Positions 27,939 through 35,977 of a stretch of 64,000 bases of DNA are shown here, piece by piece; position 1 is the first letter of the stretch; each line of letters starts with the position of its first letter. This stretch comes from an uncultured bacterium. Lineage in GTDB: Bacteria > Chlamydiota > Chlamydiia > Chlamydiales > Rhabdochlamydiaceae. The notes beneath the pieces were generated by a model. It worked only from the letters and a program-made list of their open reading frames with translations. It did not search any database and was not told the DNA's origin. The position numbers and the translations under genes were made by a program. The stretch spans positions 20,942 through 84,941 of the forward strand of contig CAZNAR010000004.1 of the NCBI GenBank assembly GCA_964571465.1. The letters run 5' to 3'.

Positions 27939-28296
27939 TAATCATTGGGACAAGTGCTATACAGTCGGCTTCCTCTGCGTGCATAATCTCAGGAATAAAT
28001 CCTTTTAATGTTGGAGCAAAACGTGGAAACCCTTGTCTGTAAAACCACTGTTTAATCACTGCGTTAACTGTAAAAGGTATGTGCGTAAAAGAACATTCGT
28101 CCTTAACATAAGTTAAGTAGAAATGCCCTTCTTTTTCACCTTGTCTTAACAAGTAGGTCATATCTGATTTACCTCTTAAGATAATTTCAGCTTCTGTTCC
28201 TGTTAAGTTTCCATACCATGCGATATGGTGTGTAATCTCTTCGATTTTTTCATGCATAAAGTTGGGAGAACTATCTTCTACCCTTAATGTCATCAT
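27931..28296 (-). CDS. Stand-alone SH2-like domain protein (eukaryote-like)
   Basis: GGAGG lies 5 nt upstream of the ATGATG at 28296. The 121-aa product contains WYGNLTGTEAEIILRG..TYLLRQGEKEGHFYLTYV..FTHIPF. This parallels the SH2 layout W-Y-x-G-x-[IL]-[ST]-x-x-E-A-E-x-x-L, FL[VI]R-x-S (beta-B Arg), Y-x-L-[ST]-[VL] and beta-D His. Confidence 0.5.
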   Translation of the reverse strand: MMTLRVEDSSPNFMHEKIEEITHHIAWYGNLTGTEAEIILRGKSDMTYLLRQGEKEGHFYLTYVKDECSFTHIPFTVNAVIKQWFYRQGFPRFAPTLKGFIPEIMHAEEADCIALVPMISV

Positions 28297-28499
28297 AATA
28301 ACCTCCGCCGTTATGAAACAGTCTTCAAAAACCTTATCAAGGTTATTCAACCCCAAGAATTAGTGCAAACAAAAAAATAGAAAGGTGCAAAAAAGTCTAT
28401 TTTTGTCTTTTTTTACGACCAAACTAAGATATTTTTGCTTTCTTGAACGGAGTTGCTTTACGTTTAATAATCACTCTTTTATTTTGTTGAAGCAGAACT

Positions 28500-31421
28500 A
28501 TGGAAAATACGAAACAGAGCACCATTGAAAAGCATCTTGTACGGTTAACTGAACGATTTCCTAATTCGGTTGACTCGTCTATTTTAAGAGATCGGGATCG
28601 CTTCTTCTCTTATTACGATCCAGATTTTATCCATAATAGATCGACTCCTTACCTACTTCGTATTTTACTTTCCCAACACTTACAACGGAAAAAACTCCTG
28701 GGGAGCTCCTCTTTATTCCATCAAAACAGATCCATAGAGTTCCGAGTTATTCCAGGAAAAGTTCAATACCCTTTTGGCTCCAAAAACGTTGTTGGAATTT
28801 TGGTTCAAATTTCTCTGGCTGATCGGTATGAGCTTTTTGATGAAGAAAACTTTCAAAGAGGGGTTCATCGCCTTTTACCAAACCTTCATATGGTAAAAGG
28901 ATCTATTTATAAATTTAGAGACAATACCAATACCATTCAGACGTGGTATGCAGAGTTTGAAAAGACAGGGAATCAGTCGTTTACACTAGCAGAAACTTCC
29001 TTACTGAAAGCCTCCTTAGGTGAGGAACTGATTGAGAGGACTGAAAGGCTCGTCCCCTCTGTATTCAAAGTTCGAAACCAAGAAGAGGTTCTTCGTAACA
29101 TTTTAACACTGAGCCAAGAAATTGATCAGTTATCCGATCTTCCTCAGGTCATGATATCATTTGAAACACAGAATTCTGACGAGATTATTTTCACTGTCAT
29201 CTGTGTTCGTCCTGAAGATCAAATCTCCATTTCTCTTGAAAACTTGATCCAGCACGAGAGCGGCCTCTGCAGATGGATCTTAGAAAGAAAACAGGTTGTT
29301 AAATACTTTGAAAATCACCAACCCATTGTCGCCTATTTATTCCGCGCCCTATTGATTCCTGATGCAACAATATTAAGAAGTGACGGCTCTTTAAACTTCT
29401 TCGCTGCCAGACAAAAAATCGCTGCTTCCTTGAAGACAAATATCGGTGAATACCGTGACTTCAATGGAGGAATCTTAATTAAACAAGAAGAGACACTCTT
29501 AACTCTTCGAAGCGCTTTCCCCTTTCTATCTGCAGAACAGATCGAAAATATTTTCTACTCAATTACTCCGATTGAAATGCAAGCCATTTTACCAAGTGTG
29601 ACTTTGCAGGCCATGATTGATTTGACCTCTCAAACAGCGGAACTGGCACTTAACGATGCGCATGATTACAATCTCGTCTCAAGTTCAAAACCACCCTTTA
29701 ATATTGTTTTGCTAAGTGTTCCTCACGGCCCTCTCTATGAAAAGGCAAAAGACCACTTACAACTCATTGACTTTCCTGAAGAAATCCAAGCCTCCTTCTC
29801 ACTTGGCACGAAGAAAAATCATATTTTTGGATTTTTAATTCCTGTGAATCACAAAAAATTCAGCGAACGTTTCGTCGACTCTTTAGGCAATTTACTCTTC
29901 TATTGGTCGAACGAAGTGAAACAACTTAAAATTCTACGCCTTAGCCTAAGTACCCCTATTAACTCGTTAGATCCTCGCATCGGGGGTGATGCCATCTCAT
30001 CCATCTTCCTGAAGATGTTATTTGAAGGGCTCATGCGAATTGGACCTGATGGAAAGCTCCAGCAAGGAATTGCTGAAAGATACGAAATTTCAGACGATCT
30101 ACAGACCTACCTGTTCCATTTAAGGCCTTCTTATTGGTCGAACGGCGACCCTATTACAAGCCAAGACTTCGAATATGCATGGAAGAAGTCTCTCTCACCT
30201 CATTTTAAATCACCGTTCAACTACTGCCTATTCTGTATCAAAAATGCACAGCAAGCAAAACAAGGACTTATCCCCATTCAAGATGTGGGGATCAGCAGCA
30301 TCAACGAAAGACTCCTTAAAGTAGAACTCGCTTATATCACACCTCACTTCCTCGAATTACTGGCTCTTCCCATTTTCTCCCCTGTCCATCGCCTACATGA
30401 TATCAATGTTCCGAATTGGCCTTCGGAAGAAGGACACCGCTATGTGTGCAATGGAGCTTTCAGAATCGAAAAGAATCTTAAAGACAGTGGCCTGACAATG
30501 GTCAGAAATCCCGAGTATTGGGAAAAGGAAAAGATTTTCATCGACAGAGTCATCGTTGTACCAAGTTATCTCTCGCAAAGCCAAGAAGTCTTTTTGCAGA
30601 GCCAAATTCACTGGGTTGGGCATCCTCTGGGAACAGGCCTTACAAATTTAAAACCTGGACCGCAAGATACCATCATCCAATACCCAGATAGCGGTCTCTA
30701 TTGGTCCGTCTGCCAGACAAAACATCCGTTGCTTAAAAACAAAAAAATTAGACAAGCGTTAAGTTTTGCAACCGACCGGCAAGCTCTCTTGAACATTCTT
30801 CAATATAAAAATAACCCAGCTTTTTCCCCCATCCCCTCGATTCATAGTCAAATTGAGAGCGATCCTTATCCTTTTTCCCCTGAAAAAGCACGAAAATTAT
30901 GGGACGAAGGTCTTAGCGAACTTCAAATTTCACCCGACTCAGTCCCCTCGCTTGAGATCCTCTTTACGGTTCATACCCTGTTTGGAAAACAAACAGCCGA
31001 ATTTTTATGTCATTGTTGGAATAAGATTTTGGGGATCAATTGTCGCATACAAGGGTGTGATTTTAAAACTCTTTTAAATCGATTCTCAACGAAGAATTTC
31101 GAGATTGGTTTGATTCGATGGCTTCCTTGGGTGAATGACCCCTTCTACACTTTAAATGCTTTTATCAATCCAGAAAGTCCCTTTAGCATCGATTGTGATG
31201 TTGGTAAAAAGCTGATTCGGCTCATGACAACTGCTCAAATGGAAAAAAACGATTCCAAAAGACACGCCTCTGTTAAAGAGATCGAAAAAATGCTCGTTGA
31301 TGAGCAGCCTATAATCCCTCTTTTCCATACCTATTTCCAAGCTATGAAAAAGAAATCCCTTAAAATGCATCCTAATCACACATTGATGGATTTTAAATGG
31401 GCTCGATTAGAAGCTGAGTAA
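28500..31421 (+). CDS. Family-5 (OppA/DppA-like) solute-binding domain fused to a ~480-aa N-terminal domain of unknown function
   Basis: The C-terminal ~490 aa carry LRLSLSTPINSLDPR.., LFEGLMRIGPDGKL.., SNGDPITSQDFEYAWKK and similar motifs. The N-terminal half has no signal peptide, no lipobox and no motif I recognise. Confidence 0.75.
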   Translation: MENTKQSTIEKHLVRLTERFPNSVDSSILRDRDRFFSYYDPDFIHNRSTPYLLRILLSQHLQRKKLLGSSSLFHQNRSIEFRVIPGKVQYPFGSKNVVGILVQISLADRYELFDEENFQRGVHRLLPNLHMVKGSIYKFRDNTNTIQTWYAEFEKTGNQSFTLAETSLLKASLGEELIERTERLVPSVFKVRNQEEVLRNILTLSQEIDQLSDLPQVMISFETQNSDEIIFTVICVRPEDQISISLENLIQHESGLCRWILERKQVVKYFENHQPIVAYLFRALLIPDATILRSDGSLNFFAARQKIAASLKTNIGEYRDFNGGILIKQEETLLTLRSAFPFLSAEQIENIFYSITPIEMQAILPSVTLQAMIDLTSQTAELALNDAHDYNLVSSSKPPFNIVLLSVPHGPLYEKAKDHLQLIDFPEEIQASFSLGTKKNHIFGFLIPVNHKKFSERFVDSLGNLLFYWSNEVKQLKILRLSLSTPINSLDPRIGGDAISSIFLKMLFEGLMRIGPDGKLQQGIAERYEISDDLQTYLFHLRPSYWSNGDPITSQDFEYAWKKSLSPHFKSPFNYCLFCIKNAQQAKQGLIPIQDVGISSINERLLKVELAYITPHFLELLALPIFSPVHRLHDINVPNWPSEEGHRYVCNGAFRIEKNLKDSGLTMVRNPEYWEKEKIFIDRVIVVPSYLSQSQEVFLQSQIHWVGHPLGTGLTNLKPGPQDTIIQYPDSGLYWSVCQTKHPLLKNKKIRQALSFATDRQALLNILQYKNNPAFSPIPSIHSQIESDPYPFSPEKARKLWDEGLSELQISPDSVPSLEILFTVHTLFGKQTAEFLCHCWNKILGINCRIQGCDFKTLLNRFSTKNFEIGLIRWLPWVNDPFYTLNAFINPESPFSIDCDVGKKLIRLMTTAQMEKNDSKRHASVKEIEKMLVDEQPIIPLFHTYFQAMKKKSLKMHPNHTLMDFKWARLEAE

Positions 31422-31471
31422 TGATATCTTCACTTGCAAATTAAATAGTATGAGCCAATAATAGACCCACA

Positions 31472-33052
31472 ATGAAGTTGCGTTATTGGTTTGTAACTGT
31501 TTCTTTACTATTTCTGTGTGGATGTCAACCATCCCTTTCCAAGCCAAAACATCCGGCTCGAATACTTCGCACATGCCTGAGTGGTGATATCCTTTCATTA
31601 GACCCTCGTAAAGGGGTCAGCATGGGGAGCCAAAGTGTTGTCCGCATGCTCTTTACAGGGCTTGTACGCCTGAATGAAAACCTTCAACCGTATTTAGAGC
31701 TCGCAGAGTCGTTTCGTGTATCTACCGACTTTAAAACATATGTCTTCACTCTTAAAAACTGCACGTGGTCAGATGGATCTCCCATTACAGCCTACGATTT
31801 TGAACAGACCTGGAAAGCAGCCCTAACTCCTGCTTATTCCTCTTCCTGTACAAATCTCTTCTTTTACTTAAAAAATGGAAGAAAAGCTTTTCTAGGACAA
31901 GTCTCTATTGACCAATTAGGCGTTCAAGCTCTCGATGAAAAAACCCTCATGGTTGAGCTCGAACATGAAAATCCCAACTTCCTAAACATTCTGATCCATT
32001 CCGTTTTCTCCCCTGTGCACCACTCGATGCGTTATAGCCTACCTAACCCTTCAAATCTGGTTTGCTCAGGCCCTTTCCGCTTGAGTAAATATACCGTTCA
32101 GGATCAAATCATCCTCTCAAAAAACACCCACTACTGGAACTCTTCTCATGTCCGCTTAGATGCGCTTCATTTTTATATCATTAAAGATCCTGCGACTGCC
32201 CTCATGATGTTTGAGAAAAAAGAGATCGACTGGCTTGGAGACCCCCTCTCTAGACTTGTCCCTGAATCGATCCCAACCCTCCGAAAAAAAGGAATTCTCC
32301 ACTCCTACACAGCAGCAGGGCTGCAGTGGATGTTCGTCAATACGAACAAATATCCGCTTAACAATGCCAATATCCGGAAAGCACTTGCCTATGCCATAGA
32401 CCGGAAAACGATTATGCAAGAGCTCTTATGCTTTGAGGGACTAAATCCCACTTTAGGACTGATCCCTCAAATCGTGAAAAAAGAACGATGGCACCCGTGG
32501 TTTAAAGATAACGACATTGAGCTCGCCCGCATCCTCTTTGAAAAAGGGCTCCAAGAACAAGGGATCACAAAAGAACAATTCCCCCTCATTACCATCACCT
32601 ATTCTACCTCCTCCAACGCAAAGACAGTCCAAGCTGTTCAACAAATGTGGAAAACGACCTTAGGAATCGACGTTAAGATCGAGCAAGTCGATGGACCTAT
32701 CCTTTTCAGCAAATGGTATGAAAAAGATTATCAAATCACATGGCTTGCCTGGGTTCTTCAATACAATGACCCTGTGAATATGCTAGAAGTCTTTAAATAT
32801 AAAAATGCCCAGCCCAACTATATGGGATGGGAAAATCCTAACTTCATCCTGCAAGCCAGTGCCTCTTTAAGTGCAACGACTGAAGCAGAACGGTGGAACC
32901 ACGTCGAGGAAGCAGAAAAAATCTTTTTCGACGAGATGCCTTCCATCCCTGTGAACGACTTTACAGCGTTCTATCTCCAACAACCTTATGTCAAAGACAT
33001 TAATGTGAATCACTTATACTTGGTTGACTTTGACCGCGCTTCTGTTGACTAA
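31472..33052 (+). CDS. Oligopeptide/dipeptide ABC transporter substrate-binding lipoprotein (family 5)
   Basis: Lipobox LLFLCGC, then LSLDPRKG, LFTGLVRLNENLQP and SDGSPITAYDFEQTWK. It is a paralogue of the C-terminal half of the preceding gene. Confidence 0.85.
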   Translation: MKLRYWFVTVSLLFLCGCQPSLSKPKHPARILRTCLSGDILSLDPRKGVSMGSQSVVRMLFTGLVRLNENLQPYLELAESFRVSTDFKTYVFTLKNCTWSDGSPITAYDFEQTWKAALTPAYSSSCTNLFFYLKNGRKAFLGQVSIDQLGVQALDEKTLMVELEHENPNFLNILIHSVFSPVHHSMRYSLPNPSNLVCSGPFRLSKYTVQDQIILSKNTHYWNSSHVRLDALHFYIIKDPATALMMFEKKEIDWLGDPLSRLVPESIPTLRKKGILHSYTAAGLQWMFVNTNKYPLNNANIRKALAYAIDRKTIMQELLCFEGLNPTLGLIPQIVKKERWHPWFKDNDIELARILFEKGLQEQGITKEQFPLITITYSTSSNAKTVQAVQQMWKTTLGIDVKIEQVDGPILFSKWYEKDYQITWLAWVLQYNDPVNMLEVFKYKNAQPNYMGWENPNFILQASASLSATTEAERWNHVEEAEKIFFDEMPSIPVNDFTAFYLQQPYVKDINVNHLYLVDFDRASVD

Positions 33053-33980
33053 GAAGCTGGACTTCGTGGGCATTGAAAGACGATCTGACAAATGGCCCTG
33101 AGTACATCTGAAGAAGTCCAATCGAATATCCATACTCTTCATACCGCTTGAATTGCTCAGGTGTGACAAACAATTTGACAAGCAGCTTTTTCCGATTAGC
33201 TTGCAAATATTGGCCAATCGTCACAATTTGACACCCCGCTGCTTTAAGATCACGGAGTGTTTCAAACACTTCTTCTTCCGTCTCTCCAAGTCCGACCATC
33301 AAGCCCGACTTTACAAATTCAACATCTCCTGATTCCCGCGCAAACTTGAGCACTTGCAGCGTTCTGTCATAGGTTGCCTTATGACGGACACGAGGCGTCA
33401 TCGACCGTACCGTTTCGATGTTATGATTAAACACTTCAGGATGGTATTTTAAGACAGTTGCCAGCGCATCTAAATTTCCATTGAAATCCGATGTCAGCAC
33501 TTCCACACTGCATCCAGGATTCTTTTCTCGAATAGCGGTAATAATCTCACCCATATGAGCCGCACCCCCATCGGGCAAGTCATCACGCGCCACCATGGTG
33601 ACAACGACATGCTTCAGCCCTAATTCCTGCACGGATAAAGCGACTCTCTCTGGTTCATCTGCTTCAGGCGCGAGCGGCTGTTTTGTAAAATCGATATCAC
33701 AAAAACCGCAATTGCGTGTGCAAGCACTTCCCAGCGCTAAAAATGTCGCTGTCTTGTTGGAATAACAGTGGAGCCTATTCGGGCATTTTGCTTCTTCACA
33801 AACCGTATTCAGTTTGTATTTTTTAACGATCGACCCCGTTTGAAAAAGCTCGCCACCCTTCGGAATCTTACGATGAAGCCACGATGGGAAACGACCTACT
33901 TCAGATTCGGGATTTTCTGGCAGCCGGTTTAAAACCTTTAGTTTCACGGAGGGTGTTGCGTCGAAAACTTTTTCGTCCAT
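33000..33980 (-). CDS. lipA: Lipoyl synthase
   Basis: CEEAKCPNRLHC plus the radical-SAM motif CTRNCGFCDI, and also SGLMVGLGET. Confidence 0.95.
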   Translation of the reverse strand: MDEKVFDATPSVKLKVLNRLPENPESEVGRFPSWLHRKIPKGGELFQTGSIVKKYKLNTVCEEAKCPNRLHCYSNKTATFLALGSACTRNCGFCDIDFTKQPLAPEADEPERVALSVQELGLKHVVVTMVARDDLPDGGAAHMGEIITAIREKNPGCSVEVLTSDFNGNLDALATVLKYHPEVFNHNIETVRSMTPRVRHKATYDRTLQVLKFARESGDVEFVKSGLMVGLGETEEEVFETLRDLKAAGCQIVTIGQYLQANRKKLLVKLFVTPEQFKRYEEYGYSIGLLQMYSGPFVRSSFNAHEVQLLSQQKRGQSQPSISDSH

Positions 33981-35383
33981 TAGCGCCTGATTTTGGGTGG
34001 GAAGTGAATAGGACTATTTTGGGCAAGAAGACCTGCTTCAAGCCATGCCTCAGGAAGCGTCGGATGGGCATGGATCGTCTCTGTTAAACAATCCACAGTG
34101 AGTTCATTTGTCATTGCAAGGGCAACTTCTGCAATCAGCGAGGCTGCATCATCTCCCACAACTTGTGCTCCTAAAATTTGACCTGTTTTTTGATCGACAA
34201 TGAGTTGCGCAAATCCTTCCGTCTCCATTGAAGCAACCGATTTCCCAAGGGCCATGAAAGGAAACTTCCCGACAGTTGCAGAATGTCCTTTCTCAGCAGC
34301 TTGTTCTAACGTAAGTCCGACTGTTGCAATCTCTGGTAGAGTAAATATCACCGCAGGAACTGCGTCGTAATGCATTTCTGCACTTCCACCTGTTGCATTG
34401 ACCCCCGCCACAATCCCTTGATGCGATGCTACGTGAGCAAGCATCACAAGTCCTGTGACATCCCCAATTGCATAAATCCCCGGAACGTTTGTTTCCATTT
34501 TCTCATTCACAAGAATCGCTCCACGGTCATTTGTCACAACGCCTGCTATTTCCAGTCCTAAATCTTTTGAGACAACTTTACGCCCAATCGCCACGAGGAC
34601 TGCATCTGCTGTCACAGGAGCTTTATCTTTCAGCCGAATCGAGACACCATTTCCTTGGCGGTCAATTCCTTCTACCATAACGCCTGTTTGAACATCGATT
34701 CCTTTTTTCTTAAAGGCAGTCGTCAAAGCATCTGAAACACCTTTTCCTTGCGTTGCAACAAGCGCTGGCAGCGCCTCCAGTACAATCACTTTGACACCAA
34801 GCTCAGCATAAAGAGAGGCAAATTCACAACCGATATAACCGCCGCCAATAACCGCTAAAGTTTTTGGAAGCGTTGTTAGTCCTAAAATCGACGTTGAGTT
34901 GAATATTTTCTCATGATCGCAAGGAAATGCAGCCACATCGATTGGCTCAGAGCCTGATGCGATGATAATTTTTTCTCCATGAATCACAACATTATCAGTT
35001 CCTTTCACTTTCAATTCAAAAGGAGCCACAAATGACGCTGTACCGCGCAGAATTTCGATTCCATTCGATTGAATCAACCCTTCTAAACTTTTGCGAATCT
35101 TTGAAACAACTCCATCTTTACGCTCTTTCATTTTTGCGTAATCAATCGTAACTTGGCCTACATGGATCCCAAAATCAGCGGCATGTTGAATGGTATGTAG
35201 TGCGTGGGCGTTTGCAATCAATGTTTTGGTTGGAATACATCCCACATTCAGACAGGTCCCACCTAAATCTCCTCTCTCAATCAAAGCGACTTTTTTGCCC
35301 GTCTGAGAAGCTTTTATTGCAGCAACATAGCCGCCTGGTCCTGCTCCAATTACAATAACGTCGTAATATTTTTTTTCAGTCAT
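33980..35383 (-). CDS. lpdA: Dihydrolipoyl dehydrogenase (E3)
   Basis: YDVIVIGAGPGGY, redox disulfide GGTCLNVGCIPTK and the C-terminal HAHPTLPE. The start is chosen at the ATG at 35383. Confidence 0.95.
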   Translation of the reverse strand: MTEKKYYDVIVIGAGPGGYVAAIKASQTGKKVALIERGDLGGTCLNVGCIPTKTLIANAHALHTIQHAADFGIHVGQVTIDYAKMKERKDGVVSKIRKSLEGLIQSNGIEILRGTASFVAPFELKVKGTDNVVIHGEKIIIASGSEPIDVAAFPCDHEKIFNSTSILGLTTLPKTLAVIGGGYIGCEFASLYAELGVKVIVLEALPALVATQGKGVSDALTTAFKKKGIDVQTGVMVEGIDRQGNGVSIRLKDKAPVTADAVLVAIGRKVVSKDLGLEIAGVVTNDRGAILVNEKMETNVPGIYAIGDVTGLVMLAHVASHQGIVAGVNATGGSAEMHYDAVPAVIFTLPEIATVGLTLEQAAEKGHSATVGKFPFMALGKSVASMETEGFAQLIVDQKTGQILGAQVVGDDAASLIAEVALAMTNELTVDCLTETIHAHPTLPEAWLEAGLLAQNSPIHFPPKIRR

Positions 35384-35462
35384 ATAAACCTTTTTGATTG
35401 ATTTTAGCAAAAGGTAGGTAAAAAAACATCGAAAGTTGTACGATGAGTTGTAAGGAGAAACT

Positions 35463-35891
35463 ATGAAGCCTGTCGAGCGTCAAAAAATGTGCCCAAATTG
35501 TGATGGGAGGATTCCGCAAGAATCGACTCAATGCCCTTACTGCTTTGCTCAGCTTCAGGCCGACTCCTCTAACTCTAAAAGCGCCCCTGTTACAGACCCT
35601 CTTTCAGCCCTCTACCCCCCTCCTTATACAACAGAGGCCAAAACAACAGCCAAGGTGGCCGACCCTGTTTCTCAGGTTGAAACCGCTTCCGACTCAATCC
35701 CTTTCTGGTCGATTTTAATGCTCGCCTTGGGCAGTAACCTGCTGACCCTAGGGATCTTACAGTTCTTCTTCTCGGATCGAGGTGTTCTAAGGCTGGAAAT
35801 GAACGCAAGTTACTGGTTCTTAATGGTTATCGTCTCAATTCCTCTCATCTATTTCGGACTCAAGAATTTGGCCTCCAAAAAGCAATCTTAA
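35463..35891 (+). CDS. Zinc-ribbon protein with a Pro-rich linker and two closely spaced C-terminal TM segments
   Basis: AAGGAG RBS. The ribbon is CPNCDG..x11..CPYC. Two hydrophobic helices are separated by about 14 residues. Confidence 0.6.
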   Translation: MKPVERQKMCPNCDGRIPQESTQCPYCFAQLQADSSNSKSAPVTDPLSALYPPPYTTEAKTTAKVADPVSQVETASDSIPFWSILMLALGSNLLTLGILQFFFSDRGVLRLEMNASYWFLMVIVSIPLIYFGLKNLASKKQS

Positions 35892-35977
35892 GCCCTTCTA
35901 GATCTACAACTTAATACCTTGTTATAATATTAATTATAATATGATATAATTATATTAATAATTAATAGGTTAATAGC

